Positions 1 to 10,734 are shown, numbered from the stretch's first letter. The stretch is DNA of 64,000 nt from an uncultured Armatimonadetes bacterium (GCA_963716175.1 OY970296.1:4096001-4160000), one strand, 5' to 3'. Made by a program: numbers and translations. Notes: a model not told the origin generated them from the sequence alone.

Positions 1-467
1 GGGAGAAGGCGCTGGCTGATTTCTTCGAGGCCACCGTGGCCGCGGGCGCGCCGCCCAAGGGGGCCGCGAACTGGCTGATGGTGGAGCTGCTGCGTCTGCT
101 CAACGAGCGCCAGATGCAGATTGCCCAGGTGGCGGTCACGCCGGAGGCTCTGGCCGAGTTGGTCTCGCTGGTCGAGGCCGGCACCGTCAGCGCGCTGGCC
201 GCGAAGAGCGTGTTCGCCCAGCTTTTCGGGCGCGGCGGCTCCGCCGCGGCCATCGTGGCCGAACTCGGCCTGGCTCAGATCAGCGACGAGGCCCAGCTCG
301 CCGCGACCGTGGAGGAAGTGCTGACCGAGAACCCGGACGCGGTGGCCAACTTCAAGGCGGGAAACGAGAAGTCGCTGGGCTTCCTGGTCGGCCAGGTGAT
401 GCGCAAGAGCGGCAAGCGCGCCAACCCGCAACTGGTGAACAAGCTCCTCCGAGATCGGCTCCTGTAG
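1..467 (+). CDS. gatB: Asp-tRNA(Asn)/Glu-tRNA(Gln) amidotransferase subunit B, C-terminal part (5' truncated by window)
   Basis: GatB/YqeY C-terminal motifs AANWLMVEL, GLAQISDE, GFLVGQVMRKSGKRANP. Confidence 0.9.
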   Translation, partial: EKALADFFEATVAAGAPPKGAANWLMVELLRLLNERQMQIAQVAVTPEALAELVSLVEAGTVSALAAKSVFAQLFGRGGSAAAIVAELGLAQISDEAQLAATVEEVLTENPDAVANFKAGNEKSLGFLVGQVMRKSGKRANPQLVNKLLRDRLL

Positions 468-615
468 GGCGGGCATGTCTCTGCATGCCCGCCGGCCGTT
501 GCCCTTCTGTAGGGCGGGCATTCCCATGCCCGCCGGGGCAGGCCTGCCCTACCCCGCGCCGTCGTTGTAGGGGCGTGATTCATCACGCCCAGGGCGCAAT
601 GAATTGCTCCCCTAC
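464..615. repeat. Cluster of GTAG-headed REP-like palindromes
   Basis: GTAGGGCGGGCATGTCTCTGCATGCCCGCC at 464-493 (identical copy at 41569-41598), a second unit at 509-534, and an inverted doublet GTAGGGGCGTGATTCATCACGCCC...AATGAATTGCTCCCCTAC at 567-615. Confidence 0.85.
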
Positions 616-665
616 AGAGGCCTCCGTATCTGGTACAATAGACCAGCTTCCATACCGAGGGACGT

Positions 666-820
666 CCCCAAAAAGATCGGGGCCCGCCGAGAAAGCGGGC
701 CCCGAATCGGTTTGCGAAGGTGACGGCCAACGAGGCGATGTCACCTAGGAACGCTAGGCAACCACCTACGCGGCGGCCACCTCCGGTCTATGTAACATAG
801 GACACCACCTCCTTTCTCTA
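666..820 (-). ncRNA. Putative small structured RNA or short-ORF mRNA (ORF 798-766, MLHRPEVAAA)
   Basis: Own promoter, extended SD AGAAAGGAGGTG 7 nt before ATG, two internal hairpins and a terminator; ends are estimated. Confidence 0.6.
670..705 (-). terminator. Intrinsic terminator of the small transcript
   Basis: Stem TCGGGGCCCGC / GCGGGCCCCGA followed by TCTTTTT on the minus strand. Confidence 0.75.
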
Positions 821-825
821 CTCAG

Positions 826-854
826 AAAGTACCACATTTGGGCAGCCCGGTCAA
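826..854 (-). promoter_or_regulatory. Sigma70-type promoter
   Basis: TTGACC-17 nt-TACTTT with extended -10 TG. Confidence 0.7.
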
Positions 855-899
855 CCGCCCCGCGGCCGCTACGCGGACGCAGCCCGTCTGGTCTTCTCC

Positions 900-924
900 G
901 TTGGGCAGGAGCTGGCCTCCTGCC
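900..924 (+). repeat. GTTG-headed REP-like palindrome
   Basis: GTTGGGCAGGAGCTGGCCTCCTGCC; related copies at 1418, 4799, 5192, 8269, 24716, 41613, 44029 and 47431. Confidence 0.8.
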
Positions 925-963
925 CCCGCTGTGCCTCTGCGCCCCTGTGGTTCGGCCCTGCCG

Positions 964-1404
964 TCACACGTCGAACACCACGTGCCCCCGCCACAGCCCG
1001 TCCTGCTGCCAGATACGCAGCTCGTGGTAGGTCACAGCCTTCACCGGGGCGCCGGTGTGGGGCGTCTCCCGTGGCGCCGGGCCGCCCCGCGCCCGCGCCC
1101 GGAGCCGCCAGGGGTTCTCGCTCAGCGCCTCCACCTCGAACTCGCAGGGCACCGCCTCGTCCCTCTCCGCCACCCAGAGCAGCTCCGAGAGCCAGGCGTG
1201 CAGCAGATCCTCCAGGGAATCCGCCTCCACCTCTACCGCCCACTCCTGCTGGCGGCCGATGGCGTCCAAGTCCTCGCTCAGGCTGAACATCCCCTCCGCC
1301 GCCGCGCAGAAAAGCTCCGGAACCGTCCCACCCCAGGCCTCAATCGCCTTGTCCGCGGTGTGTGGAAGGAACTCAAAGCCGCGGCTTCCCGCCTCGTTCG
1401 CCAT
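964..1404 (-). CDS. Archease
   Basis: N-terminal FEFLPHTAD and C-terminal VKAVTYH...VVFDV archease motifs. Confidence 0.92.
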   Translation of the reverse strand: MANEAGSRGFEFLPHTADKAIEAWGGTVPELFCAAAEGMFSLSEDLDAIGRQQEWAVEVEADSLEDLLHAWLSELLWVAERDEAVPCEFEVEALSENPWRLRARARGGPAPRETPHTGAPVKAVTYHELRIWQQDGLWRGHVVFDV

Positions 1405-1417
1405 GCCCTAGGATTTC

Positions 1418-1494
1418 CGTTGGGCAGGGGCGTGCCCCTGCCACTATCCGCTGGGCAGCAGCTTCAGTCGCCTCTGGCGACGTGCCTCCTGCCC
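1418..1494 (+). repeat. Two GTTG/GCTG-headed REP-like palindromes
   Basis: GTTGGGCAGGGGCGTGCCCCTGCC, then a second unit with the loop insert AGTCGCCTCTGGCGAC that also occurs near 8285. Confidence 0.75.
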
Positions 1495-1552
1495 GGTTCG
1501 CCGCCGTGGTATAATGGCTGTTGGCCAAGTACAGCTCTGCGCGGAGGGAGTG

Positions 1553-1756
1553 ATGGTCTTCAAGGTGTTACTCGAGCCTAGTGATGAGGGTGGCTACACC
1601 GCGCTCGTCCCTGCTCTTCCCGGGTGCATCAGCGAGGGCGAGAGCGTCGAGGAGGCCATGAAGAACATCCGTGAGGCGATAGAGCTCTACCTGGAACCTG
1701 TGGATGGAGGCAACCTCGAGAAGGAAGGCGTCCTGGTCAGGGAACTTGCGCTGTGA
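1553..1756 (+). CDS. hicB: HicB-family antitoxin (short form)
   Basis: EGGYTALVPALPGCISEGESVEEAMKNIREAIELYLE; SD GGAGGGAG; TGGTATAAT upstream at 1507-1515. Confidence 0.9.
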   Translation: MVFKVLLEPSDEGGYTALVPALPGCISEGESVEEAMKNIREAIELYLEPVDGGNLEKEGVLVRELAL

Positions 1757-1980
1757 GCAAGGTTCCCAGCCTTCCGTACACTGACATCATCCGCGCCCTG
1801 GAACGGACTGGCTGGACCGGCGTGCCTCAACGTGGGAGTCACATCCGCCTGCACAAGATGGTGGGCAGCGAAGTGCTTAGGCTGACCGTTCCCGCCCACA
1901 AACCAGTCAAACGCTCAACCCTCTCACACATCCTCAAGCAAGCGCGGCTGGACGTGGACGACTTTCTCGCGCTGCTCTGA
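1753..1980 (+). CDS. hicA: HicA-family toxin (mRNA interferase)
   Basis: QRGSHIRL, TVPAHKPVKRSTLSHILKQA; GTGA overlap with hicB. Confidence 0.9.
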   Translation: MSKVPSLPYTDIIRALERTGWTGVPQRGSHIRLHKMVGSEVLRLTVPAHKPVKRSTLSHILKQARLDVDDFLALL

Positions 1981-2083
1981 CTTCGCCGAAACCAGTAGTC
2001 AGAAGAGACCTGGCTGGGCCCTTCGGGCCGCCACCCCGGCCTGCGGCAGGCAGGCTTAGAGGCTCCTGTCCTGCATCTTGTCT

Positions 2084-2111
2084 ATCTGCGCCATCTGCGT
2101 AATCTGCGGAT
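2084..2111. repeat. 9-nt tandem repeat ATCTGCGNN x3
   Basis: ATCTGCGCC ATCTGCGTA ATCTGCGGA T just downstream of the gyrA stop. Confidence 0.8.
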
Positions 2112-2115
2112 GTCC

Positions 2116-4671
2116 CTACCCCTCCCTCCCCTCCACCGCCACCCGCGCGATGTTGGCGACCTGGTCGCCGGGATCGAGGCGGATGAGGCGCACGCCCTGG
2201 GTGGAGCGGCCGATGCGGCGGAGGTCGGCGATGCGCTGGCGGATGACCTGGCCCGCGGTGGTGATGATCATCAGGTCCTCCCCCTGGTCCACGATCCGCA
2301 TCCCCACCACCGGCCCATTGCGCTTGGTGATGTTCAGGGTCTTGACCCCGATCCCACCCCGGCCCTGGGCGTGATACTCGTCCAGCGCGGTGCGCTTGCC
2401 GTGGCCCTCGCGGGTCGCCACCAGCACATCCGCGCCGGAGCGCGCCGCCCCCATGCCCACCACCACATCGCCCTTGCGCAGACGGATGCCCCGCACCCCG
2501 GTGGCGGGCCGGCCCATGGGGCGGACCTCCTCCTCCGCGAACCGGATCGCCATCCCCCGCTCTGTCACCATGATGATCTCGCGCCGGCCATCGGTCTCGA
2601 TTACCCAATGCAGCTCATCATCATCCGCCAGGCCAATGGCGATGATCCCACCCTTCACCCGGGTGTCATATTCGCTCAGGCGCGTCTTCTTCACCACCCC
2701 CCGCCTGGTGGCCATGAACAGGTAGCGGTCCTCCGAGAACTCCTTGATCGCCCGCACCCCGGTCACTCGCTCCCCGGACTCGATCTGGATCAAGTTGATC
2801 GCGGCGGTGCCGCGCGCCTGGCGGCTGGCCAGCGGCACCTCGTGCGCCCGCAGCCGGTAGACCTTGCCCCGGTTGGTGAAGAACAGGATGGTGGTGTGGG
2901 TGCTGGCGACAAACAGCTGCTCGACCACGTCCTCCTCTTTGCGGTTGAGCCCGATCACGCCCTTGCCGCCGCGGCCCTGCACCCGGTAGGTATCAACAGG
3001 CAAGCGCTTGATATAGCCATCCCGGGTCATGGTGATGACCATATCCTCTTCTGCGATCAGATCCTCCACGCTCAGGTCCTGCGCCTCACCCGCCCTGATC
3101 TGGGTGCGCCGCTCGTCCCCCCGCTGCGCCTTCAGCTCCAGCAGCTCGTTCTTCACGATCTGCATCACTTTGCGCGGCTGCCAGAGATGCTTGCGCAGCC
3201 AGGCCCGGGTTGCCGCCACCCGACCCTCGTTGCCCGCCAGGCCGGCGAGCGCGGGCCCCAGCGTATCCTCGAGCTGGGCGATAGTCTTGATCACCTCCCG
3301 ATACTCCTCCTCGATCTTCTCCCGCTCCAGGCTGGTCAGGCGCTGCAGCATGAGTTCGAGGATGGCCTGCGCCTGCCGCTCCGAGAGCTTGAACCGCCCC
3401 ATCAGGCGCTCTCGCGCGGCCGGGGGATTGGCCGCCTTGCGGATGATGGCGATCACCTCGTCCAGGTGCGTGAGCGCGACTCGATAGCCCTCCAGGATAT
3501 GCGCCCGCGCCTGCGCCCGCTCCAGGTCGTGCTGGCAGCGCAGCACCACCACTTCCCGGCGGTGGTCGAGGAACTGCTTGATCAAATCAACCAGCCCCAG
3601 GGTGCGCGGCACCAGGGGCACTCCCTCGCCCGGCTTCTGCGCGCTGTAGTCTGGGATCAGGCCCACCATGTTCGCCGGGAAGCTGGTGCGCATGCGGGTG
3701 TTCTTATAGAGCTGGTTGAGCAAGACGTGGGGGTTGCCCTCCCGCCTCAGCTCGATCACCACTCGCATCCCTTTGCGGTCGGACTCATCTCGCAGCGCGC
3801 TCACGCCCTGAATCCTCTTGCTGGTGACCAGCTCCGCGATCTGCTCCACCAGTTGCGCCTTGTTCACCTGGTAGGGCAGCTCGGTGATGATAATGGCGCT
3901 GCGGCCGCCCTCCATGGGCTCGATCGTCGCCCGCGCCTGCATAGTGATGGAACCGCGGCCGGTCTCGTAGGCCTGCTTGATGCCGGACTTGCCCAGGATC
4001 ATGGCCCCCGTGGGGAAGTCCGGGCCGGGCAGCACCTTCATCACTTCCTTCAGGCTGGCGTCCGCGTCCTGGATCAGCAAGGCGCAGGCGTCCACGACTT
4101 CACCCAGGTTCTGGGGCGGGATGTTGGTCGCCATCCCCACCGCGATCCCGGAGCCGCCGTTGCAGAGCAGGTTGGGGAAGCATCCTGGCAGCACCGTCGG
4201 CTCGGTGCGGGTCTGGTCGTAGTTGGGGACGAAGTCCACCGTGTCCCGGTCAATGTCGGCCAGCATCTCCGCGCCATAGGCCGACATGCGGGCCTCGGTG
4301 TACCGCATCGCCGCCGGCGGGTCGCCATCCACGGAGCCGAAGTTGCCGTGCCCATCCACCAGCGGATAGCGCATGTTCCAGTCCTGCGCCAGCCGCGCCA
4401 GCGTGGGATAGATCACCTCCTGGCCGTGGGGATGGTAGTTGCCCTGCGTATCGCCCGCGATCTTGGCGCACTTGCGGTGCTGCGCGCCGGCAGTGAGGTT
4501 GAGGTCGTGCATCGCGACCAGAATGCGCCGCTGCGCCGGCTTCAACCCATCTCGCACATCCGGCAGCGCCCGCGCGATAATCACGCTCATGGCGAAGGTC
4601 ATGAACGAATCGCGCATCTCCTGCTCGATCTCGACCTGCGTCTCTCCCAGTTGTCTCTTCGGCTCAGCCAT
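2116..4671 (-). CDS. gyrA: DNA gyrase subunit A
   Basis: RALPDVRDGLKP, YHPHG, AAMRYTEAR catalytic Tyr, GyrA-box QGRGGKG, C-terminal beta-pinwheel repeats. Confidence 0.97.
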   Translation of the reverse strand: MAEPKRQLGETQVEIEQEMRDSFMTFAMSVIIARALPDVRDGLKPAQRRILVAMHDLNLTAGAQHRKCAKIAGDTQGNYHPHGQEVIYPTLARLAQDWNMRYPLVDGHGNFGSVDGDPPAAMRYTEARMSAYGAEMLADIDRDTVDFVPNYDQTRTEPTVLPGCFPNLLCNGGSGIAVGMATNIPPQNLGEVVDACALLIQDADASLKEVMKVLPGPDFPTGAMILGKSGIKQAYETGRGSITMQARATIEPMEGGRSAIIITELPYQVNKAQLVEQIAELVTSKRIQGVSALRDESDRKGMRVVIELRREGNPHVLLNQLYKNTRMRTSFPANMVGLIPDYSAQKPGEGVPLVPRTLGLVDLIKQFLDHRREVVVLRCQHDLERAQARAHILEGYRVALTHLDEVIAIIRKAANPPAARERLMGRFKLSERQAQAILELMLQRLTSLEREKIEEEYREVIKTIAQLEDTLGPALAGLAGNEGRVAATRAWLRKHLWQPRKVMQIVKNELLELKAQRGDERRTQIRAGEAQDLSVEDLIAEEDMVITMTRDGYIKRLPVDTYRVQGRGGKGVIGLNRKEEDVVEQLFVASTHTTILFFTNRGKVYRLRAHEVPLASRQARGTAAINLIQIESGERVTGVRAIKEFSEDRYLFMATRRGVVKKTRLSEYDTRVKGGIIAIGLADDDELHWVIETDGRREIIMVTERGMAIRFAEEEVRPMGRPATGVRGIRLRKGDVVVGMGAARSGADVLVATREGHGKRTALDEYHAQGRGGIGVKTLNITKRNGPVVGMRIVDQGEDLMIITTAGQVIRQRIADLRRIGRSTQGVRLIRLDPGDQVANIARVAVEGREG

Positions 4672-4690
4672 ATCTCAGCACTATCTCCAA

Positions 4691-4866
4691 GTTGTCATCC
4701 TGAGCGAGGGCGAAGCCCGACGCGAAGGACCCCGCCGTTTGAGTGGCACAGGCGCCTGCCCTTCGGGGCCTTCGCGAAGGAGGGTCCCGCCTGTGACCGT
4801 TGGGCAGGAGCTTGTCTCCTGCCAGTTGTTCAACTCGCTAGACGGGGGCGCGTCTCCTGCGCTAGC
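4691..4866. repeat. Mixed palindromic repeat cluster (left flank of small gene)
   Basis: GTTGTCATCCTGAGCG at 4691-4706; GTTGGGCAGGAGCTTGTCTCCTGCC at 4799-4823. Confidence 0.75.
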
Positions 4867-4910
4867 GGATTCGACCTGACGTAGCGGTCAGCGGCACCAT
4901 CCAAGGGAAC

Positions 4911-5153
4911 TCACTTGGACTGGCGATACTGCCGCTTCTCCACTGCCCTCTGAAACTTCGTCCAATCAAGCTCGAAAAAGACCTTCTTGCTATTGGCGGG
5001 CCACCACTCTATCGTCCCCTCGCTGATCTTCAGAGTACCCAACGTCTTGGTCTTGGGAGTACCCGAAGCAGGTCTCATCTTGACCTTGAATACGACGTCT
5101 GCCTTACCCAGTGTTACCTCTGGAACCTTGGATAACGTCACCGTGTGGTCCAC
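4911..5153 (-). CDS. Small hypothetical protein (80 aa) between gyrB and gyrA
   Basis: SD GAGGAGG before GTG; protein-like composition; visibly lower GC than flanking genes. Confidence 0.75.
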   Translation of the reverse strand: MDHTVTLSKVPEVTLGKADVVFKVKMRPASGTPKTKTLGTLKISEGTIEWWPANSKKVFFELDWTKFQRAVEKRQYRQSK

Positions 5154-5187
5154 TGCCTGACCTCCTCTCTCGACACGCTGTAGTCAG

Positions 5188-5361
5188 GTTCGGCAGGAGC
5201 TTGCTCCTGCCCTAACTGCCCAGACCACGGCGGGATTCTTCGCTGCGCTCAGAATGACAACAGAACGGCCGGCGGGCATGCCCTTCGACCGCGCATCAGG
5301 GTGAACTCCGACATGCCCGCCCTACAGCATCTCATCTGTGCCATCTGCGTAATCTGCGGAT
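5188..5361. repeat. Mixed repeat cluster (right flank): REP-like units plus 9-nt tandem array
   Basis: GGCAGGAGCTTGCTCCTGCCCTAAC 5192-5216; GATTCTTCGCTGCGCTCAGAATGACAAC 5234-5261; GGCGGGCATG...CATGCCCGCCCTAC 5271-5325; ATCTGTGCC ATCTGCGTA ATCTGCGGA 5334-5360. Confidence 0.8.
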
Positions 5362-5375
5362 AGTGTCGTTCGCCG

Positions 5376-7365
<1,990 letters not shown>

Positions 7366-7490
7366 GAACTCCTTCGTAACCACCTGACTGGCGATTTCGC
7401 GGCCCCGTGGAACCCCCCGCTCAGAGCTCTCTCAGCCCGGCCGCCAGGCGAGAAAATGCTAGGCTAGGCCTAGCTTTTTCCGACCCACTG

Positions 7491-7519
7491 AGTATACCAT
7501 TTCCGGCCCGAAGAATCAA
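7491..7519 (-). promoter_or_regulatory. Sigma70-type promoter of gyrB
   Basis: TTGATT-17 nt-TATACT with extended -10 TG. Confidence 0.65.
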
Positions 7520-7659
7520 GCGAAACCGGGGTCCACGCCACCTCTATTTCGCCCTCGGCCACGCCTTCTTTCGAGCATAAGTGCATACATCGCAGTGTAT
7601 ATCAAAACACACAGCATGCTGAGAACCCGTACCCCGGCCTGCCTCCCGGACCTGGCCAC

Positions 7660-8196
7660 CTAGATCCCCAGGTCCCTCTTCCGAAACAGTGCCGCGGGCT
7701 CGAACCCGGCCGCCGTGATGTTAGCTTCGGCGCCCTCCTCACGGTCAATCACGTAGAGAATGCGGACAACTTGCAGGCCCAGGTTGGTGAGGCGCTGGGC
7801 GGCCGAGATGGCCTGGGAGGCCGTGGTCAGCACGTCCTCCACCAGCACCACTCGCTCGCCGGGGTTCATGACTCCCTCGATCTCTTTGGCGGTGCCGTAC
7901 TCCTTTGCCTCCCGGCGCACGATCAGATACGGGATGCCGGTCTCGAGGGCGAGCGCGGTCGCCAGAGGCACGCCGCCCAGCTCCACCCCAGCGATCCTAT
8001 CCGGGGGCGGCGAGGGCAGCAGACCGGCCAAGGCCTTCGCGATCTCACCCAGCAGCTTGGGCTCAGTCTCGAACCGCCACTTGTCGAGGTAGTACCTGCT
8101 CCGCTTCCCGGAGGAGAGGATGAAATCACCCTCGAGATAGGCGGCGGCCTTGACGGCCTGAGCCAGTTCCGTTCGAGTCAAGGCAATGCTCCTCAA
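7660..8196 (-). CDS. pyrE: Orotate phosphoribosyltransferase (start may be TTG at 8181)
   Basis: GDFILSSGKRSRYYLDK, RREAKEYGT, PRPP motif VVLVEDVLTT. Confidence 0.93.
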   Translation of the reverse strand: MRSIALTRTELAQAVKAAAYLEGDFILSSGKRSRYYLDKWRFETEPKLLGEIAKALAGLLPSPPPDRIAGVELGGVPLATALALETGIPYLIVRREAKEYGTAKEIEGVMNPGERVVLVEDVLTTASQAISAAQRLTNLGLQVVRILYVIDREEGAEANITAAGFEPAALFRKRDLGI

Positions 8197-8202
8197 CGGC
8201 CG

Positions 8203-8367
8203 ATCTGTGGACTACGCGGATTGCACAGATCCGAGGCGGCCATGCGCATGCCCGCCCGTGGCATTTCCGTTGGGCAGGAGCTTTAGTCGCCTCTGGCGAC
8301 CTGCTCCTGCCCGCTTCTCGCCTTTCCCTCATCTGTGTAATCTGCGCAATCTGCGTAATCTGCGGAT
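8203..8367. repeat. Inverted 9-nt arrays enclosing REP-like palindromes
   Basis: ATCTGTGTA ATCTGCGCA ATCTGCGTA ATCTGCGGA at 8331-8366, opposite-orientation degenerate copy at 8203-8230, REP units between them. Confidence 0.75.
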
Positions 8368-8371
8368 ACTT

Positions 8372-8935
8372 CTAGTATTCGATCCCCGGCCGCGCGCTCA
8401 CTCCCTGCCCATAGGGATGCTTGACCGCTTTCATCTCGGTCACCAGATCCGCGGCCCGGATGATCTCTTCCGGCGCGCCGCGGCCCGTGAGGACAAGCTC
8501 GACCGCCGGCGGCTTGGCGCAGACCAGCTCCATGAGCTGATCGAGCGAGAGCAGCTGATACTGCAGGGCCTGGAAGATCTCGTCCAGCACCACCAGATCA
8601 TAGCTTCCGCTGGAGAGGGCGCGCCGGGCGAAGACGGTCCCCTCCTGGGCCTTGGCGCGGTCTTCCTCCGACGGTGGGAGCTGCCACCAGGGCGTGCCCT
8701 CCGGCGCCTTGCTGGGATCACCCCACCGGGCTGCGGAGAACCAATGGAACTCCAGCTCGGGGCCCAGGCGAGCCGCGGCTTTGCGCTCTCCCAGGTCCCA
8801 GTTCCCTTTCATAAACTGGATGAAGCAGACCCGCAGTCCGTGGCCCGCCGCGCGCAGCGCCAGGCCCAAGGCGGCCGTGGTCTTGCCCTTGCCATCACCC
8901 GTGTAGACTTGCACCAGGCCGCGAGCTAGTGGCAT
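8372..8935 (-). CDS. cobO: Cob(I)yrinic acid a,c-diamide adenosyltransferase (CobO/BtuR family)
   Basis: VQVYTGDGKGKTTAALG, FIQFMKG, DLVVLDE, ELVLTGR, ADLVTEM...KHPY...GIEY. Confidence 0.93.
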   Translation of the reverse strand: MPLARGLVQVYTGDGKGKTTAALGLALRAAGHGLRVCFIQFMKGNWDLGERKAAARLGPELEFHWFSAARWGDPSKAPEGTPWWQLPPSEEDRAKAQEGTVFARRALSSGSYDLVVLDEIFQALQYQLLSLDQLMELVCAKPPAVELVLTGRGAPEEIIRAADLVTEMKAVKHPYGQGVSARPGIEY

Positions 8936-8938
8936 GCT

Positions 8939-9634
8939 CTACTCCAGCGCCTCGCTGGGCCCGGGCGCCAGGCCTTCCAGATGGCAAATGTCGTTCAAGG
9001 TCACCAGCCGCAGCACATCCACAGTGCCGCGGAGCGTGGTGATGGAGCCATTCGCAATGAAGCTCAGGCTCCACAACGACATGGGGATGCGCAGGGTGTC
9101 GTAGACCACAGACTTGATCGGGCCTCCGTGGGTGGCGATGGCGACATTCCCCCCAGCGTGAGACTCAATGATGCGCCGCATGACTTCCATTACCCGCTCG
9201 CACATCTCCGGCTGTCTCTCCCCGTCCGGCGGGGACTTGAGCAGGCGATTGGCCTGCCACCCGAGGAACCAGCTCCCGGAAGTGCGGGCGGCCTCTTGCA
9301 GGGTCTTTCCTTCCAGCACCCCAAAGCTGCGCTCGCGCAGGGCCGGTGATACCGTGACCTTCAGGCCCCGGCCGGCCGCAATCAACTCGGCCGTTTCCTG
9401 GGCCCGCGGCAGGTCGCTGGCGTAGATGGCATCCAGCTTGATCCCGGCCAGCCGCTGCGCCGCGCGCCGGCCCTGCTCTCGCCCCCGCTGGGTGAGGCCG
9501 GAGTGCTGCTGTCCCTGCACTCGGCCCGCCACATTCCACACCGTCTCGCCGTGGCGGACCAGGAACAGCGTGGTCTCCCGCTCCTCCTCTTCCTCCGGCC
9601 TTCCCCATGTCATGCTGCCTGCGGAACTCGTCAT
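8939..9634 (-). CDS. Histidine phosphatase family protein (phosphoglycerate mutase/CobC-like)
   Basis: LFLVRHGETVWN, ASDLPRAQETA, LRERSFG, THGG. Confidence 0.9.
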   Translation of the reverse strand: MTSSAGSMTWGRPEEEEERETTLFLVRHGETVWNVAGRVQGQQHSGLTQRGREQGRRAAQRLAGIKLDAIYASDLPRAQETAELIAAGRGLKVTVSPALRERSFGVLEGKTLQEAARTSGSWFLGWQANRLLKSPPDGERQPEMCERVMEVMRRIIESHAGGNVAIATHGGPIKSVVYDTLRIPMSLWSLSFIANGSITTLRGTVDVLRLVTLNDICHLEGLAPGPSEALE

Positions 9635-10734
9635 CCCAGTTCTCCCGGATCATTCCAGCCCAGTTCCGTCCCATCTCGCGCCACCCGCACCGCGCCCAGG
9701 CGCACACCCTTCGCCTTGTCGAGGTCACTTATCGGCGTGAAGATGCGCAGCCGGCGAGAGCCGAACTCAACTCCTTCCAGGATCCCGACGCCCAGGGTCT
9801 CGCCTCGCTCTCCCAGTAGGCCAACCAGCAGATGCTGAAGCGCGGCGGCGTCAATGGCGCGGGCGCTGCCTCCGAAGTCGGCGCCCAGCGAGCGCAGGCC
9901 CTCCGCATTGGGCCTCCCGGAGACGATCAGCAGCAACCCGTCGGCGCGCAGCTCGGCATGGAGCACCTCGCACTCGACCCGTTCCTCCGCGAAGGCGCGG
10001 ATGTGACCGGGGGCAGTCTCACCGGTAGTCCAGGCGGTGTTCTCCATGGGCAGCTGATCCCACGCCACCTCGGCGGCGCGGCCGCCCGCGAAATAGGCGG
10101 CGAACAGGCCCTGGCGCCGGGCAGTGCGCTGCTCCCGGGTGCGAACCTTGACGCGGCGCGAGCGCCGCAGCCGCAGCACGCGGGGCCTGGCTCTGTGCGC
10201 GAAAGCGGCGAGCAGGTGCTCGACCTCATCTTCGGCCTGCACCGCCACCACCACGTCCGGGTCCAGCAGGCGCACTTTGGCCGACTTGAGCGCCCGCGCC
10301 ACACCCCCCGAGACCAGGCCGGTGGTGTCCACAATGATGGTCTCGGCTCCCAGGCGGCGAGCCGCGGTGGCCATCGCCTGGGCGCTGGCCGCAGCATTGA
10401 GCAGATGCCCCACCGGGGAAGAGCTGCCCACGAAGTCAATCGCCTCCGCGGAGAGCTCCTCCAAGCGGCGAATGGGATGAGTGACGCGGGCCATGCCCAC
10501 ACACGTGGGCGGGCCCAGGTTGGACTGCCCGGTATCGGCGTCAACCACGGCCGCGGCTCGCCCCGCTTCCACCGCGGCGCTGGCGAGGATGGCGGCCAGC
10601 GTGCTCTTCCCGGAGTCAATCGCGCCGATGAGGAACAGTGTGGCGCCAGCGCGGGCCGCCTCCACGGCGGGAGACCAGGAAGGTGGAATGTCCCAAGCGG
10701 GTTGGGACGAGGTCATGACGGTCTGTTTAGCCAA
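9631..10734 (-). CDS. Clp1/Grc3-like polynucleotide 5'-kinase
   Basis: P-loop GAIDSGKST, VDADTGQSNLGPP, IIVDTTGLV, R-rich lid, C-terminal LLVGLLG...LGVG. Confidence 0.8.
   Translation of the reverse strand: MAKQTVMTSSQPAWDIPPSWSPAVEAARAGATLFLIGAIDSGKSTLAAILASAAVEAGRAAAVVDADTGQSNLGPPTCVGMARVTHPIRRLEELSAEAIDFVGSSSPVGHLLNAAASAQAMATAARRLGAETIIVDTTGLVSGGVARALKSAKVRLLDPDVVVAVQAEDEVEHLLAAFAHRARPRVLRLRRSRRVKVRTREQRTARRQGLFAAYFAGGRAAEVAWDQLPMENTAWTTGETAPGHIRAFAEERVECEVLHAELRADGLLLIVSGRPNAEGLRSLGADFGGSARAIDAAALQHLLVGLLGERGETLGVGILEGVEFGSRRLRIFTPISDLDKAKGVRLGAVRVARDGTELGWNDPGELG

Noticed and set aside
464-615. Repeat clusters as CRISPR arrays
   Set aside because: Units are palindromic, variable, often inverted and lack regular unique spacers; no cas genes in the window
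766-817. 16S rRNA 3' end or tmRNA
   Set aside because: Only the anti-SD-like CACCTCCTTTCT matches 16S, and no tRNA-like domain or CCA end was found for tmRNA
2110-4884. 924-aa plus-strand ORF and similar long antisense ORFs (24523-26256, 37561-39795, 41776-43917, 47329-49161, 60889-62529)
   Set aside because: Shadow ORFs opposite well-supported genes, expected at high GC
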